A stretch of DNA of 64,000 bases from Octopus sinensis (GCF_006345805.1 NC_043001.1:97650001-97714000), one strand, 5' to 3'. Numbered from the stretch's first letter, positions 37,851 to 52,331 are shown. Made by a program: numbers and translations. The notes: a model not told the origin generated them from the letters alone.

Positions 37851-40589
37851 AAGTGGCAAAAACATTTATTGGACATGAGCTTCGATTACTAAAAGAGAGA
37901 GACATACTACGATCGCAACAATATGGACCTCATGCTATTGATGAGAAACAAAACGGGTCTCTCTTTGTTATCCTGTTAAATAACTTATGCCTACATTAAT
38001 TTGTTTGATGGTAAAATCACTAGCGTTATATAAATGGTAACTAAACACTCTTTCATGATCTCTAAACCTTGAGGTATATCAGTACTGATCAACATTATAA
38101 AAGCTCTGGTATTCTCCCTGATGGGACGTCTAAGTGTTGTCGTTGACGATCTATTTGAAACTTAAGTGCTAAGTAGCAACAATGAAACGTTTTCTGTTAT
38201 ATTTTCAGTCCTAATATAATTCATCAGTCAATAGTAATAGGATAATGATTTTATTGTTCATGGCTATTTTCACAATTGCTGTAAAGAAGGTATAATGAGT
38301 TCAGCATTAATAGAAAATTGTCGAAGTTGCGACAACATTTATGTCTCAAGAAGCTAATATTCCCTGAAGCTCTTAGGACTTTGTTACTGACTACAACAGA
38401 CTGGCAAATTTTGTTAATGATTCTTGTCAAGATGGTCGCTTTTGACTGTTGTCTCGGCTTCTCTTTCTACTCTCACCATCTCACACGTATATTCTCTTCA
38501 TTTCCGAAATACCCCCAATATAACCCTTCGTATATCTTTGCAGGTATCTAAATGAAGTGGAAAAATTGAATAGGATCCTACTGGATATTATCCCATTTTT
38601 ACCACTTCATTTCTTAAATATATATGACTTTTAATTTAGTACCGCATAATAGTATAGAACATCTCATAAAGTAATGGAATCTTACATATTTCTGACATCT
38701 TGGGAAAAAATCGACTTTCGTGTGATTTGACTTCCGAACACATAGGAGTCGACATAAATATTATCTGTCGATAACACTATATCGATATTGCCACTCTAAT
38801 TTCTTCTTAGACAAACAAAAGAAAAACAAAGAAACCCCTTTGTCGAAATACGATCCCTGTATCTATCACTGGCCAGAAGATCTGTTGTTAAGAATACCAC
38901 ACTGCGTTCATTTCTGCAGTTGTCTCATTTTCTTACTTGAAAATTATCATTTCTTTCTTTTCCTCACACTTCTTTTCTATGTCGTAAGCGTATGAAACTG
39001 AATAAACACCTGCCGACTGCTTCTATAGAAACTGAGGAAGGCAAACCTGCAAACCGAATTTGATTACCGAATTCGACTTGATCTGCATCTTTAATATTCT
39101 CTGGAAAAGTTTGAAAATCACAAATTCTATTTCCTTCCATCACTAACAGGAATACAGCCATTCTGACTTTTGATGGATACTCGTGCTTAGGAATAGTCAG
39201 TGAGAAAATGTACAGCTTTAATGGTTTAAATCTACTTATTCTCTCTTTTTTGTGTGAAATAAATATTCACGAACTTTTAACCTCTACACCATTTCTAGTA
39301 CTCAGAACTAGTTAGTGTAAAGAATTAAGCATCATTCGCTATCAGACCCTCCAACGTCTCCTCCTGTCTTTTCTGACGTAATATTAAATAAAGTTGTCTT
39401 TCTTTTTTTTAAATTGTTTTTTTTTTTATTTTTGTATATCTTCTGGTTTGTTACAATGAAAGGATTTTCTGATCGTATTTTTTTCTTTCAAATTCAGTAA
39501 TTTTATTTCGTACGAAATAGAAGCCACATTTAAACAATTTTATTCCTGTGTTCCTTAAAACTTGTAAATCACACGTTAGGCCTTTTTTAAGTACATTTAT
39601 TCGCTCGTAAAATTCGCTTGCAATTTCGCTTTTATGATAGCTAGCTAAAGAATTCAATCGGCATTTTTCAACATACGACAGTTCCTGTCATTTTTCATTC
39701 GAAGTTTACTCACGAAAACTATTTCATTGTAGGTAAAAAAATAAATAAATCAAAACATGAGAACTTATACAATGCACGTAATCTGAAATCGGTTTTCACA
39801 GAGTTGTTTTGATTTTCTGTATATTTTTATTGCTAGACAGGCGTGTTTCGAATTTAAACCAAGGTAAAACGTTTCATATATAACGTTCTTTTATGTTTCT
39901 TTATCTATGATATCGTTAATCCACATTAACTTATTTTGATTGTTTATATTTTTGTTTTTCACCTTGAACGATATCAATCGTTATTTGGTGTTTAAGTAGA
40001 TCACGATATTTAAAAGGAGAGAGGCAATAATCAGTGGCTTGTTGTCAGTATATTGTGACTGCCTACTACATGGAAGAAAATGTAACTCTCGATAGGTCAG
40101 TGGATCTAGATGTTGGAGAAGTGGCGTGTTCTTTAGTCAAATAGTATATACTAGAATAGAGTCTCGTTAATTTGATGTGCCAAAATATCCTGTGGACGTT
40201 ACAACACGGTTTTTATTTGAACATCGCGTTTAACAAGGAAAATTTAAAGCACCATTCAAACATACATCAGTACGCAGCTTAAAGTTTGATTGCAGAGTAC
40301 TTTTATAAGTTATAAGAGTATTGAACAAGAAAAAGTTGAAATTTTCGACACACCGTAAAGAATTTTCCGTTTTCTGTGTTCCGTTATGTCGTCCCTTTGG
40401 CAGAATTGTAAATGTATCGTAGAAACTAATCGTTACTGTACCAAATGCTTCTTTATTTCAAATCACACCGTGATTATACACGCTTTTGATTCCTCCTGCT
40501 TCAAAAGAACAAAGTAATAGTCAAATACTACAGGAGATCGATTCGACAAACTCACTTCCACATAATTTCCGAAACTGAACGGTACAGCA

Positions 40590-40710
40590 CCTGTGTTTTT
40601 CGATACAGTTCAAATCCCGTCGTGTTCCACTTTTATTTTTCATCCTTTCGTGACGGACAAAATAATGCATTGTTAGCCAAGTACTATGGTCGATATAATC
40701 GGTTAATACA
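40590..40710 (+). mobile_element. Old SINE fragment (same family as 63745-63942; another at 34545-34640)
   Basis: GTTCAAATCCCG..TTTCATCCTTTCG..AAAATAA..AGTACT..GGTCGATATAATCG. Confidence 0.6.
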
Positions 40711-40949
40711 CTCCACTTATAATCTTCCACTGATTATAATCTACTTATAATCTCCTGATTTTGTAATAATCTACATATGATCTGTGAGGTATACTTGCCA
40801 TCTCAATATGGCTAACCACTAAGGGTGGGTGTTACAGTAGCTTGTAGCCCCAGGAGAACACCGTCTCCAGCTGGCTTTAGGCACACTATCTGTGCCCTTG
40901 TGGTATTTGCAAAGGGAGGTCATCCGTCCCTCGTCAACCTAACTGATAC

Positions 40950-40992
40950 GCACGGACTGCAGTTTCTAGGTTTTGACCTGTCATCAGCGTAC
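40950..40992 (-). ncRNA. Minimal type-I hammerhead ribozyme (intact)
   Basis: GTACG-CTGATGA-C-AGGT(caaa)ACCT-A-GAAA-CTGCAG-TC-CGTGC; palindrome ACTGCAGT; GUC triplet. Confidence 0.9.
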
Positions 40993-41241
40993 GACAATCA
41001 CTGGTTTTCGATGAAAGGAGGTTCCAAAGCAAATACTTATATCGTTTTTCCAGTACCTTTTCATCTATCCATATTGAGATGGCAAGTATACCTCACATTG
41101 TCGTGCAGTTACTGTTTATACCTCGTTCAGAGATTTATTATTGCTTGCATACAGTTTTTCAAGATCACTGACCAAAAGTTACTGGAAAAACGATATAAGT
41201 ATTTGCTTGGGACATTCTTTCATCGAAAACCGGTGATTGCC

Positions 41242-41284
41242 GTACGCTGATGACAGGTCAAAACCTAGAAACTGCAATCCGTGC
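41242..41284 (+). ncRNA. Hammerhead ribozyme, second copy (one stem III substitution)
   Basis: Same as 40950-40992 except CTGCAA-TC (G to A breaks the palindrome). Confidence 0.82.
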
Positions 41285-42088
41285 GTATCACTTATGTTGA
41301 CGAGGGAAGGATGACCTCCCTTTGAAAATACCATAAGAGCACAGATAGTGTGCCTAAAGCCAGCTGGAGACGGTGTTTTCCTGAGGCTACAAGCTACAGT
41401 AACACCCACCCTTAGTGGTTAGCCATATTGAGATGGCAAGTATACATCACATCGTCGTGCAGTTACTGTTTATACCTCGTTCAGAGATTTATTATTGCTT
41501 ACATATGATCTGCTCCACGTGTAATCTGTTGATCTGGTACGTAATTACAAAATATTTACTGAAATATAAATATTTAGATCACCAAAGAAAAGAACACTCC
41601 ATATCCTGTACCGATTCATTAAATTCTGAATCCGAAACCTACTTTGTATGGCCTTCTCCCACATTTTTTTAGTATTGATAAATTAAAACTAAAATACTGC
41701 AGTCGGTGTATAATACTAACCGACTTATGCCAATGTTCGTAACTTATGCCGAAGTCAGACACCATTCCGATAACCACTCTGATAATGATAATGTTATTAA
41801 AACTGTATGAATTATCTGTTTTCACACGGTTGGATGCTCAATCCGCAAAGATGTTAGCTCTTGCCTTTCAGTTTTCGCGATCGGAATATAATTACTAGTG
41901 ATATACTGTTGTCGAATTTAAGCGAATTTGTTTGTTTTTTTCTGCTATTTGTTCAAACGTGAGAAGTCGATAAGTTAACATTAATATAATTTTCTATCAC
42001 TGTTAATATGTAATCACTAGTATTATTTTTTATTTAATACCTTCAAAACATACAACTCAATATGCCTTTAGTATGTCCAGATTATGCG

Positions 42089-42315
42089 GATGTGCGTGGC
42101 TTAGTGGTTAGGCTGCTTAGTGGTTTCGATTCCTGGACGGACGACGCGTTATGTTCTTGAGCAAAACACTTCATCTCACGTTGCTCCAGTCCACTCAGCT
42201 GGCAAAAATGAGTAACGCTGCAATGGACTGGCTTCCCGTCCAGCTGGGGAACACATACGCCATTGAAACCGGGAAACTAGGCCCATGAGCCTGGCTAGGA
42301 TTTAAAAGGTCGCAG
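42089..42315 (+). mobile_element. tRNA-derived SINE
   Basis: GCGTGGCTTAGTGGTTAG..TTCGATTCC..TTGAGCAAAACACTT..GCAATGGACTGGC..tail shared with 15892-16200. Confidence 0.8.
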
Positions 42316-44408
42316 TTATTTATATTTTTGTGTCCATATTTACTGTCTTAGCATGTTGCACAGTTTGTCGTTTGCTGCATTCATGAGTTTCTTCCTTCCC
42401 AGCGAGGAATATTTCGTTGTTCAGCATAATTAAAATCACTTCATTCTTAGCTATGACCTTTGGACCAACAGGATATCATGTGCTGATTTTCACCTAATCA
42501 GATACATTATTTCCAGTTACACCGTATATTAGATGTGGAGGCTTCATCTTATTTCTGGCATATTCAGTATGGCAGTCTTTAATTATAATTCATTTTAAAA
42601 ATTTGCTTCATTTTAATGCTATCTCTTAAATTTATCCTCGTCATTTTCATAGCGGCCCCTTAGCACAGCATCAGTTATACATGTATTTGTCTTCTGGAAA
42701 TGGGAAAACCGCCCTGCTTATTTAGGTCGTGAATTGTAGGGGTTCAAATTTGTTGTATTAGTGTTCTTTATCTGTTTACTGAAAAGGATTTTCGCGTTAT
42801 GCTGGAGATATTTTACAATAACTTTCTTGTAAGAAACGATCCATACATTCATGTGTTCGAACACCTAATATTTCTCTCCATTTTCGTGTGATATATTTTC
42901 ACAGTTGCAGTTTTCTTTGCTTCTGCTTATGTTTAAGCACACTTCTATTATTTAATTGAATAGGATGTGATCCACGATATAACATGACACCCCCTCCCAC
43001 AAACGTTCAATTCCTCAAAATAACTGATATATTCCATTCTTTAACCTTTACTTTACCTCTTATCTATTAGTTCAATTCTGTTATGTCACTACGAGTTCAT
43101 TAACTCAAATTTTATTATAAAGCAGTTGTCTTTCTAATGTTCATTTCCCTATTCACATGATAGCATTATTTGTTCTTTTGCATTTATTTTTCCTCTCTCC
43201 TGATAACATTAATTCAAATTTCCAAGCTTCTTTTCGTATTAAAATCGTACCCTGAATATAACATGGCTTCTCGTTGTTTATCTCTCCATTTACAAGGTGA
43301 TTTCATCCATATCAGGGTACAGTTGTGTGTCATCGTATCAGAATAGAATACTCTATTCAAATTTGTGTTATACACTTGTAATGAAAGTCTATTTAACTTT
43401 TTTAACTTCTTAATATCCTTTGGCATTAACAGATTAAGTTTTCTGTTCATTTTTGGCATAACTTATTCATGGATCTATTTTACAAAACTAGCGAGTGAAA
43501 ATGGCGTCAAAATGTCATTTCTAATCAATCCATTCTGCGATCTATTCAATTAATTTATTTCCTTTACTATGTATCATTGTATTGCTCACTAACTGAAGTT
43601 TTAGTGCAACTCTGTCAACACAACTCAACACTGGCTTCAGAGAACTATATATTAGTCTACAGTTAACCTACCGTGCCATACGATGCCATGACATCCCCGA
43701 TCACGTTTATATGTGTTTATATAATACTTATAGTCATTTTTCTCTTTTTTGTGTTTGAAACAGAGAGGGAGAGAAAGAAAGAAAGAGAGCGTGTTTGAGT
43801 ATGTGCCTAATCACTATGATGACCGGTTGTTATTTTAGAGAGAATATTGCGACAGAGAGGTAATCTGTGTGTGTGAAACATTGGTAGATAAATAGTTAGA
43901 TAGATAGATAGACAGATAGATAAATAGATAGATAGATAACGCATTAGCAGTGCATTATTAACTTGCCGTACCGCGCGATGCGTATTATAAAGCATTTCAA
44001 TAATAACAGCCGTTATTTTGTAAAGCACATCCATCCAGAATATATAAGGTATAATATTATTTAATGAATATAGTTCTTTTGCAGAATAGGAAAACTTGTA
44101 ATTTAAATAAACATTCGTCTTCAACAGTATTCAAACTGTCATTAATCGTCAACGGGAAAGTCAAATCTAAACATCACTTGAACGATTTATGACGATACGA
44201 GCAAGATTCAAAAACATTTGTATCCAAATGTGTATACGGCCTGGTCTTTAATATTTAAAGGAATCAAATATACATAAGAGCTTATTTCGTAAATCTAGAT
44301 ATATTATTCACCACGTGGTTCTTTCTCAGGTGTTTGCACACCTGTTCTAACAACCAATGTATTACAGTCACAGGGAAAATACTAAATGTTATTGTAGTCA
44401 CTCACTGG

Positions 44409-44940
44409 TACAGGTGTGCATGAAAATTCCCGGAATGCTTCTATATATCTAAACAAAACCGGTCGCTTCAACATGTTGAAACAGATCGACATAAAAGAAG
44501 ATATATTGTCCTCTGTCATGCGGTTCACATCCAGAGGCAACTATTTAAGTTTCGTGTCCAAGAATATTGTCCATATCTCGAGGTCCGCAATGTTCGAAGG
44601 CAGAATCAGCCTGTCGCGAGTCAAGATGTATGGATTGTAAGGGTATATCGCGATCAGCGGCTATACATAAAATTCTTGATTTGGAGGAGTGGTACACCAA
44701 ACGACCTATGTTTAAGCCAACACAAATCAGGACCATATTCAATGACGATTGCCAGCACATCCTTTCGTATATGTTTCGCTTAAGCAAATTTCACGCGCAT
44801 CTCATAGATTATGTTAGGAACTCTCATTCAATGATTTTAGATTTCACGCGCAATCCTCCATCCCCAAAGGCCTTTTCACTGTATCCTTGAAGGATGCCTT
44901 CTCATGATCTTTGTATTTTCTGCTTTCGTTTTGGGGGTAC
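44409..44940 (+). mobile_element. Possible very old mariner relic
   Basis: TACAGGTGTGCATGAAAATTCCCGGAATG resembles a mariner TIR; faint DD..H and P..P..D.LF-like codons. Confidence 0.25.
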
Positions 44941-46032
44941 TTTGCTATCCATATTTTATGTCTTTAGTATATCACATCACATTCATCTTTTGCTGAAGAG
45001 TCGAGTGAAAATATCTGAGACAGTGCAGAGTTGGCCTGTTGTTTGCACATCAGTGCCTAGTATTTTTCCGTGAATTCTTTTGATATTGACAACTGTGCAG
45101 TGCTTGTCTCTCTTAGTTAACGATTTCGACTGATACATCATCACTGTGACGCTTGTAGCCGAATATAAGTGCTGTGCTGTCACTGATGTATTGCTTTCAC
45201 TACACTCAGATTGCATGAGCATGATATGGGCTTCTATAACTATAACAAAATTATTACAGAAATACACGTGCAAATGAATTTATATGAATTTATGTATACA
45301 TACTTTCATACATACATATATACATACATGCATGCTTACATATATACGCATATACATATACCAAGAAACGCACTATAAATTCTTTTACATTTGTGAGCGA
45401 GAGTGTATATATATATACACACACATAATATGAAACATTCACACACATACATACGTGCATATATATATATATGTGTGTTTGTGTATGTATGTATATACAT
45501 GTACGTGTATATGTGTTGCTCAATACATCTGTACGTTTTCGCGAACTCAAACATTCGCTTTACAATTTTGTATACAAAAACATAAGTCTGTCTGTCTTAG
45601 TTTGTTTATGAAATATTCAATATTTAATATTTAATATCTTAACTTTGAAGTACTGGGAATTCTGGATCGATTGTATTTATGACATTTTTAAAGAACTTTA
45701 TCCATTGATTATTAATTTCCCAACATGAGAAGCATTCGGTTGGATAACATCTTTAACATCTACAGTTTCTCGTCGTCTCTTGAATTTTCCACTATTTACG
45801 GAACATTCCAGTGCTCTGTCTCTTTACTAATTTCCATCTTGATAGACGTACTTATCTTGCTGTGCTTCGATTTTCATACACTTCTACTTAACTCTCACTC
45901 TCTATGATCTCATTTTCAATAAAATGAACGTATGTTTATATATTACTATCACTATTATCAGATGTTGCGCTTTCTCTCTTTATATAAGCTATCAAAAATT
46001 ACATAAATACGCAATTATTTGGCTGTGTGCGG

Positions 46033-46079
<47 letters not shown>

Positions 46080-46344
46080 TACGCGTGTGTGTGTATTTAT
46101 ATACGAGTTAGAAATAGCCGCGTAGCGTAAAATGTGAATGCCCATATTGAACTACGTGTTATATATTTTTGAAGATCAAGCGTGCAACGAACAGGGAGGA
46201 TCATTAGCTACTCCTTTCAAAATGTTTAACTGTATTTCGTCCATCTCTATGTTCTATCTATCTATCAATCCATCCATCCATCTATCTATCTATCTATCTA
46301 TCTATATATCTATCTATCAATCTATCTATCTATCTATCTATCTT

Positions 46345-46421
<77 letters not shown>

Positions 46422-46422
46422 A

Positions 46423-46480
<58 letters not shown>

Positions 46481-46555
46481 CCTATCTATCTATCTTTCTA
46501 TCTATCTATATATATATATGTATATGTATATGTATATATAATATATATGTATATG

Positions 46556-46606
<51 letters not shown>

Positions 46607-46623
46607 CATATATATATATATGT

Positions 46624-46663
<40 letters not shown>

Positions 46664-46717
46664 TATATATATGTGTGTGTGTGTGTTGTGTGTGTGTGTG
46701 TGTGTACGCATATATAT

Positions 46718-46905
46718 TCTCTTGTTCTTTTATTTGTTTCAATCATTTGACTGCGGCCATGATGGAGAATCGCGTTTAGTCGAACAAATCGACTACATCG
46801 ACTTATTCTTTGTAAGCCTCGTACTTATTCTATCGGGCTCTTTTGCCAAACTGCTAAATTACGAGGACTTAAACACACGAACGTCGGATGTCAAGCTATG
46901 TTAGC
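46718..46905 (-). mobile_element. Major SINE, 3' part
   Basis: TGTTTCAATCATTTGACTGCGGCCATG..TTTAGTCGAACAAATCGAC..CTTATTCTATCGG. Confidence 0.8.
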
Positions 46906-47748
46906 GTACAATACACACACGCTCACACACACATATTATATATGAAAATACACGTTGTGTACAGGACATGACCCCTGAGTGGAAAATACGTACACACACA
47001 AGAGAAAAGCACATGACAACATATCAAAAGAAGATAACTCCTCATCAATTATCGGACTGTTTATTTATTGCTATTTCATGGTTTTAACTACAATATAGTT
47101 AACTTCATAAGACAGCATCATCCAGAAATTGTTAAAATATAAAAGTCATGGAGTTAGAGCTTCGAACGAACAAATAACTGCACGATGGACGTACAGAGTA
47201 AACAGTCGACGAAGACAAACATTAAAGACATTTAGGTCAAGACAAATTGTAATGACTAACGCCCGGGAGGTATTTTGGTTAAGGAAATAGAATAATAGAA
47301 GAGAAGACAATAGTAAATTATAATAATTAGATGAGAGAAGAAAATGGTAGAAGAAAAAGGCAGAAGAAAAAATCTCGAGAGCCGAGAAAAATGACATCCA
47401 ACCTAATGCACATCTGGTCCAGAAAAGAAAGGGAGCCGAGAAATAGCCTATAGTGACGTGTGAGTATGAGTGGTAGAGGAGAATGGGGACAGAACAAAGG
47501 ATGAGTGAAAGAAACAAAACAAGTGAGGAGGAAGGAGAAATAACGACAGATAGTGGTGTTTCGAAGAAAGATAGATAGGGGAAAGAAAGAAGGTTAAAGT
47601 GGGATAAAGAGAAGTAAAGAAAACCGTGTGTATTTGCAGAAATTATATGTATATAAGCAAGAACTTACTGTGGTCAAGGCTGCGAGGCGTCGATTATGAA
47701 TATGTAAAATGAAAAATGCACAGGACAGCACCAACAAGTGACAAATAT

Positions 47749-47800
<52 letters not shown>

Positions 47801-47811
47801 CATATATACTC

Positions 47812-48177
47812 TTTTACACTTTTACTTGTTTCAGTCATTTGAATGCGGCCATGCTGGAGCACCACCTTTAGTCCAGCTATTCGGCCCCGGGACTTATTTT
47901 TGAAAGCCTAGTACTTATTCTATAGGGCTGTTTTACTGAACCGCTAAGTTACGGGGACGTACACACACCAGCATCGGTTATCAAGCGATGTTGGGGCGAC
48001 AAACACAGACACATATCTACACGCATACATACATATATACATATATACGACGGGCTTCTTTCCGTTTCCATCTACGAAATCCACTCTCAAGGCCTTGGCT
48101 GGCCCGAGGCTATAGTAGAAGACACTTGTCCAAGGTTCCATGTGGTTCGTAAGCAAGCTACTTACCACACAGCCACT

Positions 48178-48180
<3 letters not shown>
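47812..48180 (-). mobile_element. Major SINE, near full length
   Basis: Reverse complement of 23073-23485, from tail (TACTTGTTTCAGTCATT) to head (CTTACCACACAGCCACTC). Confidence 0.9.
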
Positions 48181-48209
<29 letters not shown>

Positions 48210-48210
<1 letters not shown>

Positions 48211-48525
48211 CGAGAAGTTGAGATTATAAGAGATAATGGTGCCATTGATAATTCTAAATAAGTGCTATAGACAGACCATATTTAAGTTCCGGAATCAGTA
48301 ATATTGCGAATAAAGGGTTCAAGTTTGGTTCTATGTCAGCGTGTCTATATATGGATTTTTTGCGTAATGAGATAAAAAAACAAGGCTGTATAGATATTAG
48401 AGCATTTAGAGACAGAAGGTATTACAGCTGTTTCTAGAATATTAATTAATAATAATATGCCTTCATCGGAGACGGTGTGAGAGGAAACTAATATCTATAC
48501 AGTCTTGGTTTTTTATCTCATTACG

Positions 48526-48528
<3 letters not shown>
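48210..48528 (-). mobile_element. PLE-like insert in (TA)n with 5' inversion and CCGAUGA-type HHR (48419-48473)
   Basis: Arms 48360-48400 / 48488-48528. Minus strand GTCT-CCGATGA-AG..A-GAAA-CAGCTG-TA-ATAC. Homologous to 60118-60495. Confidence 0.72.
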
Positions 48529-48584
<56 letters not shown>

Positions 48585-49758
48585 CAATGATATACATAAT
48601 GCACACACAATGCCACACATTGTTGGCATTTGCATACTTTAATCTAGGAACCTGTTGGGAACTTTCGTCGATTGACTTTAGGATGTCAAAGAACGAATTA
48701 GAAGATTCCTTCTCAGAGAATTATCCAGTGAACATGTAAGCTGAACCAACGAACCTCTGCTCTTCGCACACACTGACACACACACTCATTATGTTACTCG
48801 TCATTGTTTCGCTCTCTTTCCGCTCTTCATACCTTGCTGTGTAGTGCTCTAGCTTTTATATTTCTTTATTCATTCCCATCTTAAGATATAAAATATTCAT
48901 ATATTATATTACCTTGATAAACTTGTTCATACTCATACAGAGCCCAAGGTACGCATTTTTTTCATTTTCCCGTACTTTCCTCCCATATCACACTGCTTGT
49001 TCTCTTAACTTTTTCTACCACTCACACCTTCGACTTCATATTCTTCATCTTATTCACTATCGATTTTCCTCATTCCAACCACCCTTCATTCCCCCTTCTC
49101 CCACTCTCTCTCTCTCTTTTATTCCCAATCTAAAATATCGCCTCTATTCCTCTGCAATTTTATCTAGCGTCATATGAATAAAATCGATCATAACAGATTT
49201 ATTAACTTATCTTTCTTAACACATTAATATATATCTCTTCAATAAATTATTCGCCACACAGAAATTTTATATCTTTTTCTCCTATATGATCTTAAGCTAG
49301 AGACTCCTCATTACCTCACGCATTAATTCGACTCCTGTTTAATTGTAAACTACTGTTGCTAAAATCACAAATCTCTAAATCTTTCCTAATTCTCTCTATA
49401 TATTTTTATCTAACAGTCTTCATCTTTCATTTCTCTCCATTCACTCCCTCTAATAAATTATCCTCGTTTCGACACTCTAGCGTTCTGTGTTTCTGTCCTC
49501 CATTCCGCGAAATGTTAATCACCTTTAAAGTAAAGTGATTTACTCTGCTTTTATATTTGTCCCCCACCAACTCACACACACACACACGCACACCCACCCA
49601 CACCCACCCATATATATACATATATATGTATATATATACACATATACATAAATATGTATGTATGCATAAGTATATATATATATGCATATATATGTACATA
49701 TACATATATATATATATGTATGTGTGTGTAAGTACATATAAGTATATATATATATATG

Positions 49759-49822
<64 letters not shown>

Positions 49823-50444
49823 GCATGTATATGTGTATAAGAGAGAAATCTTGTCAAAAAAGGAAGCATTCCTCTCTAATGCGTTTTAATATATACTATT
49901 CGTTTTCTCCAGTATTCTGTCTGAAAGAATTTCGCAGCCCAAATTTTATTTACTTATCTATTTATTTATTCATTCATTTATTTATTTAATTTTACACTCT
50001 ATTTCGCATCTTCCAACATTATTCACAAAACTCTCAACCTTATCTCGCTAAAGTTGCCAACACATACATCTGTTTCAAATCTCGTTCGCAGCTACTCTAA
50101 AGGCGTTATCATATGGAAGACACACATTTCATCTACGAACATTTTCGTTGATCAACGACTACGTCTTATAGAAAGGCAATTAAGCCTATCTAATAATCAA
50201 TACGCAGGGAAAAGGATAATTTCGAATTATTGCTTCTTCCGATGATCATAATTACATTAACAAACTTTCAGTTTGTTAATTAAAATAATGAATGTTTTAG
50301 TTGTTGCTTTTTTTTCTTTCTTTCCTTTTTAGCTTTTATGTATTGGTCTTAATAATTGGCTGAATGAATCCGCTTTAAACTAATTACAGAAGTTCAAACT
50401 TTAATACGAAATGAACTGTTTCGTTTTGTTTTATACGCGTTATT

Positions 50445-50453
50445 TATTATTGA

Positions 50454-50520
<67 letters not shown>

Positions 50521-50775
50521 TTAGTTTCGTTTATTTTGTTTCTCTTCAGAAGATTCATCCGAATGATAGTCAAGAATATTATTCTTCTTTGATTCTGCAT
50601 CTCCTGCTTATTTCTTCTTACTCGTTGTGGTGGTTTTCGTCGAGGTGCTAGTTGTTGTATTAGTAGCAGCAGCTGCAGTAGTAACATTTGTTGGAGTATT
50701 AGCTGTAGTAGCGTCAGCAACATCAGCACACTTGGTAGTACATTATCAAAGAAAACGAAAACCATAAAATATTTA

Positions 50776-50838
<63 letters not shown>

Positions 50839-50880
50839 CATTATTTTATCATTTTAATTGTTATTATTGATATTATTATT
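50445..50880. repeat. (TTA)n microsatellites at 50457-50520 and 50776-50840
   Basis: Directly visible. Confidence 0.95.
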
Positions 50881-51970
50881 CTGTCATAGTACTGATTGAC
50901 ATCAAGGAAAGTAAACTATGATACAAAAAGAAATGCAAATATTATGTATGATATGAGCAGCCATCTGACATTCAGACAACTGCGGGGAGGCTGCTTGATC
51001 TAGTCAAAACAGAACGTCATTAAGCTTTCAATAAGACATTCAAACGTTTGAAGTCTCAAAGTGAGAAAATGTTCAGTGCTCTTTATCAGTAAAGACAGAT
51101 TGTTGTCTGCGTCTTCCGATGGTATTTGGCCCTTTTATTCTTTATTGATGTTTGTGATTCCTAGGTTACACATTAACTAAATATTACCTCCTTGAATCCT
51201 TTATAAATGAACATACCATTTTAGTTTTCTTTTAAATTTCAAATTATTTATTGATTTCTTACTTCGGGCCAAAATTTTATAGATGATTTATAGACGTTGA
51301 TGTTATCAATTTGAGTGAAGCTAAACGTTAACAGCAAAAAGGCGAATGTGTTAAGTGAAAATAGCACGCCTACAGATTCTCTCTACGCCGAGGCCGCTTA
51401 TTTGTCTCGTCGATAAGGTAAATGAAATAAAATTGATCATTTCATTTTTTGCTAATGCACTAAATGCGACATTTACTATGGTTCACAAGAAATAAAACGG
51501 TTGAGCACCATGGTAATTTGTAGGGTTTTTCAGATAGGTGCGTGGTGGGAGATGGGTGTAGCTGAAGCTGAGTCTTGAGTTTCAGTATTTAGGAAGAGAG
51601 TATCAAGATATAGAGCAATACTCATCTCCTGGTTGAAAGAGGGTGAACATTGTCATGATTTATAGAACAGTTTTCTCCGCAAAGTCTGCTTTTGCTAAAT
51701 TTGATTTATTAAGTCCGCTGAACATCTGGATGACCTATAAGTGTTTAGTCAAGCTGTCGCGCATTAAGATTTATACTAAATCAACTGACAACGAAACGTA
51801 CTTCTTAATCTAACATATTAATATCTTTATATAAGACGAATGTGATTTGTAAGTGAATTTCAATGTTATACAATTTGGAATAGAAACAAATGACAACCTA
51901 CTGTACTGATAGTTCATCAGAATAATTCAGTTTCTTATACTTGGGGTAAAAAATTATTTTAAAAATGAAT

Positions 51971-52331
51971 TAATATAACGAAGGCAATACATATAATTTA
52001 GTCATTAATATGCAAAAGTGGACACTTCAATGTAAACAAGTTCGATTTGCAGAGTCGCGAAGGGACAAGAAAAGAAATCAGGGTACAATATGTCATTTTC
52101 TGGTTAATTCAATAAATAACGTGAATAAACATCAGCCAATTTAATCAATTTAATTCTTACCTTACCAAGAATTAATAAAATGTCTATTAGAATTATAATA
52201 ATCAGATGTAACATATTACATCAATAATTTCCGCCTAGCTTTCGGACTTGATAAACGGAATTGTTTATATTAAAGTGTCCACTTTTTGCATATTATTGAC
52301 TAAATTATATCTATTGCCTTCGTTATATTTA
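51971..52331. mobile_element. Foldback insert, ~78-bp arms (MITE or inverted PLE fragment)
   Basis: AATATAACGAAGGCAATA..GTGGACACTT / AAGTGTCCAC..TATTGCCTTCGTTATATT; possible HHR 3' half GTCC-GAAA-GC-TA on the minus strand at 52231-52247. Confidence 0.6.

Larger units (their letters stand above)
40785..41499 (+). mobile_element. Complete non-coding HHR retroelement (PLE/retrozyme-like): inverted copy + partial tandem of a 354-nt unit, 13-bp TSD
   Basis: TSD TACATATGATCTG at 40772-40784 and 41500-41512. Inverted arm 40785-41061. CCATATTGAGATGGCAAGTATAC repeated at 41069 and 41423. HHR in each arm. Confidence 0.88.

Noticed and set aside
38195-38232. Minus-strand CTGATGA..GAAA
   Set aside because: No stem II or stem III pairing.
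38552-38611. Hairpin AATGAAGTGG..CCACTTCATT
   Set aside because: Single short imperfect inverted repeat; insufficient for a miRNA or MITE call.
38964-39161. 65-aa minus-strand ORF as a host exon
   Set aside because: No recognisable domain, convincing splice context or neighbouring exons.
44988-45020. CTGAAGA-GTCGAGT-GAAA-ATA-TC
   Set aside because: No stem II; stem I is mostly G-U pairs.
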